Counted from the whole stretch's first letter, positions 12,263-24,497 are shown. The stretch is DNA of 60,939 nt, filler included, from Sphacelaria rigidula (GCA_964200075.2; 5 parts of 5 records of this genome joined end to end with filler, not necessarily neighbours in it); one strand, 5' to 3'. Notes: a model not told the origin generated them from the letters alone. Translations and numbers: made by a program.

Positions 12263-12629
12263 ACTGCTGTAATCAAAATAGAGTCAGTTTTTGTTCTATA
12301 CAAAAATCTGAACAGGAAAAAAGGTTCGGTGTAACATTTTACACATACACAGGCTATCTTCTTGCATAGGCCAGACTACGACGTCATCAACCCCTTCCCC
12401 CACGATAATCTCACTTGAACCCCGGTTCACTTCACTCGGGTACCTACCCCTTACCCTGGACGGGATAGGGGAGGGAGGGGCAGAGAGAGGGGGCGCGAGC
12501 GCGCGGGGAGGGGGGGGGGGGGGGGGGTGTACGAAACACGCTTTTATAAAACACAGGGGTTGTAAGAGGAATGCCTATCTCAGCTGGTTATCAAACTTTA
12601 TGATTGACACACGCTTATTTTCCTGTCTA

Positions 12630-12835
12630 ACATTAAGGTTAACCCTACGGGAGTGTCTTGTCGTCTGATGGGCACCAAAAAAGAATGACAAAAAAGCGGC
12701 AGGAGGAACAAGCGTCCAAAAGCAGCATGTTCATTGATCGCGGGGCGGGTCTACGGTTGCGGCAACTGATCACCCTGCTTTTGAACGCTTGTTCATTTTC
12801 CCGTTTTTTTTCTTGTCTCGGCAAGACACAGCCTA
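12630..12835. repeat. Dispersed repeat with internal hairpin (second copy at ~16535-16752)
   Basis: Shared core AGCAGCATGTT..TTGATCGC..GCG.GTCTA.GGTTGCGGC.ACT.ATCA..TGCT. The arms GTGTCTT.../...GACAC fold back in both copies. Confidence 0.6.
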
Positions 12836-13206
12836 AGCTACGCATGCCCAGGATCCCCGGACAAAAAGAGAGTGCAAACGGTTCGGTTCCTCAGGCACAG
12901 TGTGCGTTGCAGAACTCCAATCGAGGCCAATTTGCGTACACAAACGTCCCCTGTGCACCCTAGCAAGCACCCAAGACTGTTATCTCAGTCCCCGAAAATA
13001 TCCGATAAAATACACCACTCTCAAGTCAGGTATTCTGCTCAAACATGAAGAACGACCGCAGATTCGAGAGACCTTTTACTCTTCATTACAAAAAAAACAA
13101 TGAAATTCGCGGAGCGTCTTACGGAAGTAGAGAAGACGGACGATAGTTTTAGAATATGACAATACATGCACGATTGCAAGGGTCATTTACAGAGCTCAAA
13201 ACGCAC

Positions 13207-13363
13207 CCGCCCTCCCTTGTCGTCGTGGCTTTCCTCCCCAGAGGATCCGTGAATGAAGGCTGCGGCCGTTGCGGCTGCGGCTGCTGCCGTTGGTGCCCGA
13301 GATTGGCTCTTTTCGTCATGTTCTTCGGACAGGTAGTCATCTTCCGACAGCTCGAAGCCGCTG
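13207..13363 (-). CDS. PH-domain protein, exon 4 of 4 visible
   Basis: Tandem AAG/CAG acceptor (phase 2), GTGCG donor. Encodes (D)SGFELSEDDYLSEEHDEKSQSRAPTAAAAAA...GGR. Phase-compatible with the upstream exon. Confidence 0.65.
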
Positions 13364-13857
13364 CTTTCATCACAAGTAATCAACACAAGCACAGGTGCGC
13401 GGGCACCTCAGAATAGGACGAAACTAACGAGTACGTTTTGAGCACGTAAATCATCTTGAAGGCTTCACTGCACCCTCCCCACTGACTCACCCTCATGTGC
13501 TGTAAAATAGCGCAAAACGAAAAGGAATAATACGGCGCGCATGCTGTATGAAATGAGGTCAACTTCGGACAGCTCGAGGTCGCTGCTCCTGTCGCAATAC
13601 AAGAGAAGACAGAAAAAAGGGGGGAGGGGGAGGGGGAGGGCACACCCACACCACGGGGCCGACTGCGTGTACCAGTAAGAACCTACCGTAACGCTCCTCT
13701 CAATTAAACATCACACCATAAGCCAAAAAGCTGAAGGGATAGAAGAGTACATCCCAGGTGAAGACGTGTTCATGAAAGGGAGCTATTTCACTTGCCACAA
13801 ACATCTCCACAGGACCACAAAGCAGCACCCTTCCGGCAAAAAAAAAAAACAGCTCAC

Positions 13858-14178
13858 TCGTCGAGACCTCCTGCACCCAGCGACGACTCTTCCACAAAGT
13901 CCTCCCGGCTAGCAGGGCTGCCAATACCACTACCCTCCACGCCGTCTCCAACCGGCTCATGCCCAGCAGACACCGCACGAGATAGCCCCAAGCAAAAGCT
14001 TCCCACTGCCGGCAGCGGCCCGAGTCCTAGCTCCATACCCCCTGACGGTCCGTACAGACCACTCACCCACGACCCGCTCCCACCGAGCCCCCCCAAACTT
14101 TCGGCACGCCTGCGGCGGTCCTCTATGGACCTTCGGGAGCGGTTGCCTCGGTGTGGTGAAGGCTTCGGGGGTCGCGCA
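13858..14178 (-). CDS. PH-domain protein, exon 3 of 4 visible
   Basis: TTCAATAG acceptor, GTGAG donor, phase 2/2, open frame ARPPKPSPHRGNRSRRSIEDRRRRAESLGG... Confidence 0.7.
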
Positions 14179-15174
14179 CTATTGAAGAAAAATTGAGGAC
14201 GAACGCACATCATGCAAGTAATAAAGAAATGAAAAAAAATAGGACTGCGATTTTAGGAGGATGTACGTTTGAGGACTCGGTTCCATATGGGTACAAACTA
14301 TGGGGCGACATGTGGCTGGTACCGTAATAGTAAAAGTAACCCTATTCCAGGCTGCCCACTTCACTTCAGGAGACTCACACAGGATGCGGTGAGTCACCCG
14401 GAATTTGGAAGGAGGTCTCATCAGAGGAACCTCAAACTCGAGATTTAATATATATTTAACGCTGATCTTCGGCTGGAATGTACAGTGAAACTCTAGTTTG
14501 AGATACCTTCATCAAGGGAAGAAAAAATTCCCGAACTTTTATACGTTTCCCGAGAAACTGGATTTTTTTCCGACTTCTCTAAAGAAGTCATGGCAGAAAA
14601 AAAAACCCGCTAGATTCTCGGATTTATCTGTATAATAGTCAGTCTTGAATGTATCTATTGCCTGACCAGGTCAAGAGATATATCTGCCTTCACCGTATTT
14701 TCCAGAGAATAAAAATCACAAATCTTGGGAACAGAAACAAAACAGACCCGTTAGTAGGATTCGTAAGTCACCCGGGATATGGTGAGTCATTCGGAATTCT
14801 TCACGTCACCCGGAACTTCACGAGTCAGGCCGTGTATCAGCAAATTATTCTCCGATCGAAAAAACAGTGGCGGAAAAGGAAACATGCCAATCTGATGGGT
14901 CAGGACAGGTTGTCAATGATGTCCACGTCATCAATGTTGAGATGACGAACCATCAGATCGTATCTTCTCTTTAACGCCGCACTTTCTTTCATCAATTTTT
15001 TTTCAAGATACGCCCTCACTCGGGCTCCGATGAGTTGCGGGAACTCCGGTGAGACGCTGAACCAGATAGTAGTATTCACCACTTGGTCGATTAGAACCTT
15101 CCAGGAATTTTATTACTTGGTTTGAGTGTTAACACCGATATTCGGATCTTCAGCGGGGCTGACAGCCCCAACTG

Positions 15175-15575
15175 CCCCTCGCGCGCGCAGAACGCATTAT
15201 CGTTAAAATCGGCGCCGGCGGCGATATGAGGTCTGCCGATGCCATCATTTGCCTAGGAAACGCTTCGCACCTCCCTCGCCCCAGGGTTCTGGGTATGCCT
15301 TGGGTTAGGGTTAGGGTTATTAAAAAAAATGTTTTCGAGAAATTTCTTCATAGACCAAGTGGTAAACAAGGGGACCTATAGCTTTGGGGGTATATCTATG
15401 GTTGATTTCTCGAACAAACCAAAAATGACACTAACCCTAACCCTAACCCCGACCCCAGGCGTACGAGACTCTCTGGCAAGGGGGGTGCATAGGTTCCCGT
15501 AGACAAAGTGTGAGTTGGCAGACCTCAAATCACGGCGTCGATTTCCACGAAAACACGTCCTGGACGAGATGGGTC
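15175..15575. mobile_element. Foldback element with inward-facing TTAGGG/CCCTAA repeats
   Basis: Inverted arms TGAGGTCTGCC/GGCAGACCTCA, with (GGGTTA)3 at ~15302 and CTAACCCTAACCCTAACCC at ~15431. A solo right arm occurs at ~16150-16290. Confidence 0.6.
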
Positions 15576-17199
15576 AACTGCTCACCTGCCCCAAACCATA
15601 AATATTTCCAAGAACTTTCTCCAGTATAAAATCAAGCAGTCATGCTATCAACCATAGATTACGCCCACAGCTATAGGTGTACAGTGGTAAACACACCTCC
15701 CTGACCAATCATCTTGGGTAGCTCCAACTTCAGAAGCCAGTGTGTGAAAAAGATCTGAGCCCCAATGTGCAGCCTGTACCGTAGCATGACTCCACAGCAA
15801 TTACACAGGGGAGTACTCATATAGCAAACCAGTAAATCTGCGGCAAAATCGTTGATGGGTGGGCCAAGATTGATCGCCAAGAGGTTAGGCCGAGGTCTCT
15901 TCATCTTTCATTCATGTTCCGATACGAGTCAACACGTAAGAGCTTTTCTTATTGGAACCACAGGGTCTTGAGAACTAGGATGGAAAAACGACGGAAGTTT
16001 CAACTTTCTCAAAACGAAGCACTCCAGTTCAATCAAGTGCATGTATGCCGATGCACCACACTTCGTACTGATATTTCCAGCTCGTACCACCACTTGGTCG
16101 AATGACTTCCCGAAGAACAATCTCGGAAATTTCCGGTTTTGAACCGACGCTAGCCCTAACCCGAACCCCAACCCAGGGCATGCAGAGGAACGTGGGGAAG
16201 TGCAGATGGTACCATAGGCAGAGTGTGCGTTGACAGACCTCAAATCGCCGATTTCGACAAACACGCCTCCTACGCACGATAGCATCACGCGCGACGGTCA
16301 ACCACACTGAGGCCGTGTCTAGGCACGCCATTTTTCGATCGAAAAGTGCGGTGGAAAACAAAAATTCCGATCTGATGGGTCGTGATTTCAACCATCTTCA
16401 ACATGAACTACGATAGGGTAATCTGAAAAACACACACATTGGGCAAATTAGTGGTGCGTGGAAACTGCAAACAATCAGCCACATGTCGTTAAAAAAAACA
16501 GCACCTCGGAATCCACGCTTTTCCAGTGCCAGCACCACAAGGGTTAAGCTTACGTACTTCACTCCTTTGGTTACCATGAGACCGTGTCTTACCGACACCA
16601 GAAACAGAGGCGAAAAAAAAGAGGGTCCAAAAACAAGCAGCATGTTGGTTGATCGCCGAGCGAGTCTATGGTTGCGGCGACTAATCAACATGCTGTATTC
16701 AGGCGTTTGTTCATTGTCCCGCTTTACTTCTTGTCTAGATGAGACACGGCCAGATTGATGATCCAAGTCTTCTCATTCATTTTATAGGCAAAATAATACC
16801 GACTAAACATGAGACTCGCCTTAGCGGTTGAAGGGTCTCAAGGCTGTCGGAAGTATATTCATGGTGCGAGTACCTCGACAGTAAATATCCTAGGAAAAGA
16901 GAACAAAGGAATCCTCGGCACTCAAATCGGGGCAAATGCTTGAGTATACTACAGAGGTGACTTTTCCAAAATTGCCATCTCCGGGACGTCAGTGCCACGT
17001 GACAAATTTCTTGGTGTAAGTGCATTAATAACGCCGCTAAATCGTCCGCTGGAATGTGTGTATATCGTAAAAGACATCGAGTCCTCGTCCGTTGGAGTGC
17101 ATGTACATAATAAGGTTATCCGAGCCCTGACGGTTACCAGCACCCTTCAGTTCACGAACATTTTATACATCTTTTTTATAATCATTTTATTATATTATT

Positions 17200-17260
17200 A
17201 TTATCATTATTATATTCCCGTCACATTAGCTCGATCTCCCTAACCCGTGGTCACAGAGTG
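17200..17260 (-). repeat. Retroelement-like 3' end with (TAA)n tail (also at 48843-48905 and 59104-59185)
   Basis: CTGTGACCACGGGTT..GAGATC..GCTAATGTG followed by a TAA-rich tail in three places. Confidence 0.6.
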
Positions 17261-17407
17261 AGAAGAGCATACCATCCACACCCAAAAATCAGACAACCAA
17301 CAGAGGAAGGTAGGGTAGGAAAAACACATACTTAAAATCTATCAACACGAGTTCGTGAAGCTGATTCCACAATATATTCACTCGTACGTGACACAAAAAA
17401 TCCTCAC

Positions 17408-17750
17408 CTGTTGTTTCCTTTGGAGGACCCAGGGGTGCCGAACAGCCCGCCAGAACCGATCCCCGGACCGTTACCCGAACCGGCTCCCATGTTAGGATCA
17501 CCACCGTACGCGGGTGTAAAGTACAGTGACGGCGTAGTGTTGCTGTAGTGCTGATGCTTACCGCTCCCGCCGCTGGGGGTGTTGTGGCCGTGCGATCGAG
17601 TGCCGCTGTGACCGCCGGTACCACCGTTGTACTGGAGCCGCGAGTGCCGGATATTTAGTTTGTTTGAGATTATGTTGCCGTTGGCTCCTCGCCACTGGCG
17701 GAGGGATAACCGACGCGCTCGTCCGTGTCCGTGTCCGAGAACTTTCCGAA
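17408..17750 (-). CDS. PH-domain protein, exon 2 of 4 visible
   Basis: CAAG acceptor (phase 1), GTGAG donor (phase 2), Gly/Ser/His-rich open frame. Phases fit both neighbouring exons. Confidence 0.7.
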
Positions 17751-18493
17751 CTTGTGACGGTGTAGTTGCACGGAACGGGTCTGAGTGAAAGGGGTGAGAC
17801 GAAATAGCGCAGCAAAAAAAAACACGAAAACATGAAAACATGAAAACGTACATTTTAGGTGACGGGGTAGTTGCACGGAACAGATCTGAGTGAAGGGAAT
17901 GGGACGGAAATGGCGCAACGAAAAAAAAATGAAAACATACATTTTACGTCATGAGATGGAAAGTCAGGAAAAGTCTTCAGTAACAAAAGCAAACCCAAAC
18001 TGGTTTTACCGTTGTACTGTTGAATCTGTTCATCCCAGATTTTCGTTCGTTGTTTAACCCAATTTTTTCCAGGCCAGTCTGAACTTCCATGTTTGGACGA
18101 CAAAACCAAATCCGGATGGTCAAACTCAGTCCAGAATTGCATCTCACTGATTTTGGAAACAGTCGAATCAATGCACACCAGCTCCCAATCCTGTGTTGTG
18201 ATACAATATGTCCAGTCACAGATGAAAATGGCAGGCCGGACCCTCTGAAAGTTGCACATCCTGACACAGCATATGATCAGTAGTTCCAATAGACATAAAA
18301 TCTACCGCGTGAAGAATAGGCCTACTGCGACCATTGTTGAGCCAACAATAATTATAATTGCACTAGGCCTGTACTTTGAGCAGTACATTTCGTGTTGATC
18401 GCAACTATTAACCGTCTGTCATCCAGAGTGTGAAAAAGAGAGAAGTTGCTATTCCCAAGAAAGGGCAGGGGGTTGGTCGAACGTGTCACCCAT

Positions 18494-18773
18494 GACACTT
18501 CCCACGCTAACCCCCCCCCAGAAACCAGCCCAAAAGTGTCACGAAGAAAGTGGACATACAGCGCCTGATGTTTGGGTTCAGACTGCATGAAGCGCCTCAT
18601 ATGAGCGATATTGGCGAGAACGAACCCAAGCGTGGGAATTCCCAGCTGCTCGTTGTGCTCGCCTTTTTGATCCCTTTCGATTCACGTGTAAATATAGATT
18701 TTGCCTCTCCAAATAAGGCACTTTCTTCTCTGTTTTTTTTTTGGGGGGGGGGATGACTATCGTAGAAAGTGTC
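18494..18773. mobile_element. MITE, GACACTTTCTACGATAGCC family
   Basis: Degenerate TIRs plus the shared core AGCGCCTGATGTTTGGGTTCAG..TGCATGAAGCGCCTCA. TSD not recognisable. Confidence 0.75.
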
Positions 18774-18802
18774 CTTGAAAAAAAACACGCGTACACACAT
18801 AC

Positions 18803-19037
18803 CCCGTTGCGTGCCGTCCGCTCCATCGAAGCCAGCACCACCGTGCGTGGCAACCCTCCAGTCTCTTTCTTCCTCCCAGTCTTCCCCTCGGTTCTCCATG
18901 TACCTCGCGATGATGCTGGCCAGGGCGCGGTGAAAACCAAACAACCATTCGTTCATGCTCTCCTTCGATTCCGCGCGCAGAACTAGATCGTCTCGGTGGC
19001 TGGAGATGACGCGGATCACGAGCGGTCCCAGTTTTTC
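18803..19037 (-). CDS. PH-domain protein, exon 1 of 4 visible (C-terminal strands and helix of the PH domain)
   Basis: CCAG acceptor, GTATGT donor. EKLGPLVIRVISSHRDDLVLRAESKESMNEWLFGFHRAL has the PH hallmark L-x-A-x-S...W. Confidence 0.75.
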
Positions 19038-19145
19038 CTGGTGAGCAAGAAGATATATGAGGAATGGATACGACAAAAAATGGGGGGGGGGAGGGGGGGC
19101 AAGAAAGTTTCAAAGGAAAATAACGACAGTTGGGTCACGACAGAG

Positions 19146-22095
19146 CGGGGTAGGCGTGCTCATTTGTTGCTTGCCTTGGTCATTTGATCATTCATTGAGC
19201 ATGCATCCACTTTCGAGACGGAGCATCTTTCCTACTCGTAATAGAGACACCTCCAGCATTTCGGCGCCCATCACGCTTCTCCTTGAATTGCACAACCTTC
19301 AACCTTTTGCATATCTTATCCCCGTCCTGTTTCACCGTCTCTGGCCGCCATCTATCTCCTAGTTTAGCCATCATTATTTCCGTACTGTCTAATGCATCAA
19401 ACGACTGCATGCCACCTTCGTTTACTTCCCCCATTTCCCCCCTTAGCACGTCCTGTTCCTCCTCACATAGTTCACATCCTGCCACAATATGAGCTAAACT
19501 CTATTGCTCAACCACAGAGGCAAAATATGTTTATCTTCTATCTTCTCCACTCGACTGCTGCTACATCTCCTCTTCCCGGAAGGTCCAGGTCCCCCACCCA
19601 AAATCGCAGCCTCAATTTTTCCGCGGAGTTCAGTGGGTCATGCAGATACTGTTTTATTCCTATCCCCTCTCTCGATCCGTCGTGTATCTTCAGGTGTTCT
19701 TCCTCGTCGATTGTCCGTCTCAGCGCTTCACTTCCCCTCATTCATATCATGTCTTACGTTTGTGCTGTACCCCTCGCATTCACCTATGGACATTGTTTCG
19801 TCTCGGTTTCCCCTTATGTCCTTCCCTGCTTTCTCGACAACGCTATCCCACCTTATTTTCTTCTATACGGTCTATCAACCATGGCTGGCAATCTCTTTCT
19901 TGGGATGTTCTCGACGTTATGTTGCTATTTCAATTTTACAATGTCTCTGTTTCAAGTGGGTACGTCGCCAATCGTGCTCTCAAAGCTGTATTACTCGTCG
20001 TTTTTGAGCATCCAAGTATTTTCTCACCTGTTGTCATCTGTACTATTTCCAACTTCATCAAGGTTCCCCTCCCATACTTCTCCTGCATATTCTGGCTTTG
20101 TTACAAATCACATCCATCGGAACGCATCCATTAATCCCGGCATCTAGGTGCGAGTCTCTGAGGATCACGTCCACCCTGCTTATCTGTGCCTCACCTTCTT
20201 CTATTATTTCATGTATGCCCGCATTCCGGGACAGTTTTTTTAGATCACTACGCCAAGGTGTATAGATTGGTCGACTATCGGCGATTCCTCTTCTCCCCAC
20301 ATCCATTTGAACTCTACCGGATTTTTCTCATCTTCGTTGCATGCGAGTACCACGCATTTGTTTGCGTGCGTCGAGGCATGCTTCGTTTCCTGGTGTATTC
20401 TAGCGCTTTCTGTATTTGCTTCTGCAATTCTTCTGGCGTTTTCGATATCCCCACGAAATCATCCGCAAACATCAATCCTGACACCGTATCTTTCCCCACC
20501 TTGACTTCTTGCTTTGCTGCATCTGTTGCCAACATTTGATCATTGATTAACACCTTGAACTAAGTGAGTGATAAAAGTACATTCTTGTGCAACTCCTCAT
20601 AAGATATCAGAATATTTCGGTATTTCCCCGTCTGGATTCATAGCACCTTTGATACACTCTGTCATCTTCACCTTTCTCCACATTTCTTCTCTGATCACAC
20701 TTCCCCACTCCTTATTCCACAGCCTATTTCTACATACTGACTGTCATAGACCTTCTGCACTTCTAGAAAGAAACAGTACGTTGTCAGCCCGGAGTCTTTC
20801 ATACCTCGAATACTCTCAACCAATGTGTACACACGCCCTACGCACTTACGTTTCGGTCTATAACCTGCTTGCCCCTCGTTGATGCTTCTTCCTTCTCTAG
20901 CATCGTTCTCACTCCATCATTCAGGATCTTAGAGAGTGTCTTCCCCGCGGGTGCTCAGTATTGTTATCCTCCATAATTTCCTGAGTAAGTCCAATCTATT
21001 CGAAAAGGTTGACTTTTCTCCACCTCTCGGGTGTATACTCGTTTTCCCAAATCCAATTATACAGCATAATCAACACGATAATAATTCCCTCTTCCCTGTA
21101 CTTTGGAAATTCCCTCACTATTTCGTCTGGATCTGCTTCCCCTTTTGTGAAATTTATCTGCAATCCTGTCTGTAGGCTTCCACATTCGCGTCTGCCCACG
21201 CATTGACTTATTTCTCGAATTTCGCGTGGGATCTTTCTTTAGTTGTTGGTGTCCTCATTTTTCGGTATTGCTCTGTTACTACTTCTCTTTTCCCCTTTGA
21301 ACTACTCAGCATTTTACCGTTTTGTTCTCTTAGGGCGGTTATCCCTGTGTCTGTCTCTTCTTCCTGTCTCCCCCTAATCCCTTTTATCCCTACCCACATT
21401 TGTTTCATGCCGCCATCGACGTCTTCATTTTCTCCATCAACTACATCTTCCCATATACCCCTGTTTTCCTTCTTCACCATATTTTTACCTCCTTTCAAGC
21501 TTTGGCGTATTCCTCCCATCCTACTGTAGTTTTACTTGATATATACCTTACGCGGGCCCCTCACCGTACTCTTATGGGTTCCTTTACTTCCTCATCCCAC
21601 TATTTTACTGCTCCGTTGCATACGATCAGTTTTTCCCCCGTGATCGTACTTGCTGTGTTTTGACCAACTGCTCTCATCCTCATATAATATTTGCTCCTGC
21701 CCGATTCCTCCGGTATGAACTTCACCTATGCTTTCCAACAACTCGGAGAATTTCACCGCATTTTGCTCATATCTTCTTGGGATTCTTGCTGTTCTTCTAC
21801 TAATTTTAGCTTCATCTATTCTTTTGTACAACTTCCACACTCTGGATAATGACAATATATGACGTTTTCAAAAAGTGTACGACGTACAGTATCGACTGTT
21901 GCATCTATCGCATTAGACAGTAGATTCCATACTGTAGTCGGTACGCTTTTGGGCAATGTAATATATTGCCACTATCCAGGATGTGACAACCTTCCACCTC
22001 GGCTATTTCCTTTGGCTCTCGTCTGTTGGCTGTCTGTCCACATTAGGCAGTGATCTGTAGTTCCCACGTCCTCTGCGCATACATGTATTTCCATT
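19146..22095 (-). mobile_element. Decayed LINE (APE endonuclease end + RT + C-terminal Cys/His motif)
   Basis: Frame-disrupted fragments TDHCLMW (APE SDH-like), GLMFADDFVG (RT) and LRLRFWVGDLDL. Homologous to 36931-39430 and 57150-58885. Confidence 0.9.
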
Positions 22096-22234
22096 TCCTC
22101 ACTGTCTCCGTACTTTACATTTCTTATACAGAATATAGATAGTAAGAGTATGGAAATAGTAAGGACATGGAAGTACATGTATGCGCAGAGGACGTGTGAA
22201 TTACAGGTCACTGCCTATTATGGACAAGCCAAGG

Positions 22235-22580
22235 CGGGAGGCGGTACTCATTTGCTGCTTGCCCCAGCTGTTCAACATTTGATCTCTCATCCCTTTCGAG
22301 ACAGAGCACCACTCCTTCTCCTAATGGAGACACCTCCAACATTTAGGTGCTGATTACATTTCTTTCATACACCACACAGGAACCTCGTACATATCTTAAC
22401 CCCGTCCTGTTCCGCCGTCTGTGGCCACCACCTATCTTCTCGTATATGATCCATCGTCTTCTCGCTACCGTTCAGTGTATCAAACGATTCCATGCCACCT
22501 TCGTTCACTTCCCGCATTTCCCCCTCTAGCACGTCCCGTTCCTCCTCGTATGGTCGACACTCCCGTTACCATACGAGTTC
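22235..22580 (-). mobile_element. LINE 3' fragment
   Basis: Matches the 3' end of the LINE at 19146 (CCCCGTCCTGTT.CGCCGTCTGTGGCCACCA). Confidence 0.8.
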
Positions 22581-22590
22581 TTTATTACTA

Positions 22591-23294
22591 CAGGCTGGGC
22601 CGCCCAAGACGCGGACAGGGATGTGAACACGCGATTCAACAGCTGAGTTTAAGGTCGTCTTCTATGAAATTTTGACACGATGTACAGGATTTATGTGCCA
22701 AGACGCCACTTTTTCCCCCATCAATTTTTCTTTTTTCTCAAGTTATTCGCGATTTTGTTCCGAAAAAAATGTTTTGGAATGTCTGGTCGCCCATAACTCA
22801 CGGGGAAATATATATATATAGAGAGAGAGGGGGGCAAAAGTGGCGTCTTCGCACATACATCATGTACACCGTGTCAAAATTTCATTGAAAACGACCTGAA
22901 ACTCAGCTGTTAAATCGCGTGTTCGTGTCCAAGACTGGTTCCTATGTGGAGATGAACCAGCCACGAAAAAATGAAACGCGGTTATGCTGATGAATTTGAA
23001 GTATTCTTCACGAAATTTCGACATGATGCGCATGAGGTATGTTTTGAAACTCCCCGTTGTCCCTCCTTGATTTGTATTTATATATATATTGCATGAGTTG
23101 TCGACGCTTTTGCACCAGAAAAAACTGTTCCGAAATTTAGATCACCAATGATACACGAGGAAAAAACAAAAAATAGGGAGGCAAACGGTAGGGGCTTCAC
23201 ATATACCCCATGTACACCGTGTCAAAATTTCATGGAAAACGACTTCGAATTGAGCAGTGAAATCGCGTTTTTTTGCCGAGAACCGGCCCACTTG
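22591..23294. mobile_element. Foldback/MITE with two internal hairpins
   Basis: Termini CAGGCTGGGCCG / CGGCCCACTTG. Inverted pairs 22620-22720 vs 22830-22930 and ~22975-23060 vs 23190-23270. Confidence 0.55.
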
Positions 23295-23754
23295 CTTCTA
23301 GATTACAATAACCTCAGCCGGAACTTTGACGTTTTCTACAAGCGCGACGCCTTGGCGCGCTGGAGGTCTCGTCTGCGCGCCATCTCAGACACTGCGCGCC
23401 TTCAGTAGGACATGCCTTGTTGTACAACCACAACTAGTGCAGCAACATCACTTTGCGGCCGCGGCACAACTGACTGTAACCGTAAATGCGATTTCAGCCG
23501 TTTTTTACCCCTATTTCCGCCGCACATGCCACCCTCAACTCTCTACACTCCGCAGCTGACTGCAGTTTGGTATTTCGTTCGATGGGAACTTGTCAGATCG
23601 CAGTGCTACGTGAAATGAAAGAAGCGCGTTGATTTTCAGATTACCACGATGTGTCATAGTAGGCACAGCTCGCGATAGATCATCAGTTAGAACCGGCTAA
23701 AGGAAAGTCCGCTTCTTAGGCGGCCCAGCCTGTACTACGAAGAAAAACCCCAAC

Positions 23755-23826
23755 ACACAGCGGGGATCAAACCCTCGTTCTCTCCACTCTAATGACGACA
23801 GTCGGACCATTACACCACCGGGGCGC
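23755..23826 (-). mobile_element. tRNA-like (SINE) head
   Basis: Minus strand GCCCCGGTGGTGTAATGG (A box) ... GGGTTTGATCCCCG (B-box-like). I could not fold it into a convincing cloverleaf. Confidence 0.4.
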
Positions 23827-24199
23827 GGCGGCAGCGCCTCTCAAATGCAGGGGCTTGTTGGCGAATTGTCTCTTGCAGCGCTGAATTTGCCCATGTGCAA
23901 CAGCCAGGCAAACTTCTTCCTGCGACGATGCGTTCACCACGCCAGGGCATTCTTGAGCGGCACCTCCTCCATCGTACTATTGCTCCTCGCTGCTACTGAC
24001 GCCCTCAAGTAGTCATCCGCGGAGATGAGATTCGAACGACAAAAAAATGGATCCGTCTCGAAGCAAAAAAAATGAACCCACATTTGCCGGGAATCGAACC
24101 CGCAATCTCCTGCCCAACCCTGGTTTTCCGTTGTATCGGGAAGACAACCGGGACGTGGCCACTTGTTGTGCACCGCATCAGTGACTGTTAACATTTCTG

Positions 24200-24236
<37 letters not shown>

Positions 24237-24319
24237 GTGTGTGTGTTTTGTGTGTGTGTGTGTGTGTGTTGTCGTCCCATTTATTCTGGGCGCCAGTCTA
24301 CCCCTTTCGGGATATGAGG
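24200..24319 (-). mobile_element. SINE 3' end with (CA)n tail at contig edge
   Basis: (TG)n followed by TTGTCGTCCCATTTATTCTGGGCGCCAGTCTA, the reverse complement of the SINE tail. Confidence 0.7.
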
Positions 24320-24419
24320 NNNNNNNNNNNNNNNNNNNNNNNNNNNNNNNNNNNNNNNNNNNNTTAATTAATTAANNNNNNNNNNNNNNNNNNNNNNNNN
24401 NNNNNNNNNNNNNNNNNNN
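24320..24419. other. Artificial contig linker
   Basis: N44-TTAATTAATTAA-N44. Confidence 0.98.
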
Positions 24420-24497
24420 GTGCTCCGGCTCGAAAGGGAGGCGTGGTCAATGGTCACACGACTAAGGCAAGCAACAGATGAGTACGCCCCCCCCCCT
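24420..24497 (+). mobile_element. LINE 3' terminus
   Basis: AAGGCAAGCAACAGATGAGTACGCCCCCCCCCC, the same end as the other LINE copies. Confidence 0.7.

Noticed and set aside
19392..20147. Long plus-strand ORFs (also 37996-38658 and 57704-58177)
   Set aside because: They are antisense shadows of purine-rich LINE sequence.
23302..23408. Plus-strand terminal-exon-like stretch (YNNLSRNFDVFYKRDALARWRSRL...)
   Set aside because: No partner exon or recognised family, and the putative acceptor abuts a MITE end.
23840..24030. hAT dimerisation-domain-like relic (YL...W*...KKFAWL); a similar hint at 54230-54900
   Set aside because: The resemblance is only by eye and interrupted by stops; it needs an HMM search.
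12211..24319. Contig 2 appears to have terminal inverted repeats, like a 12-kb transposon or virus
   Set aside because: Both ends are independent SINE tails where the assembly broke, and the interior is an ordinary intron-rich gene.
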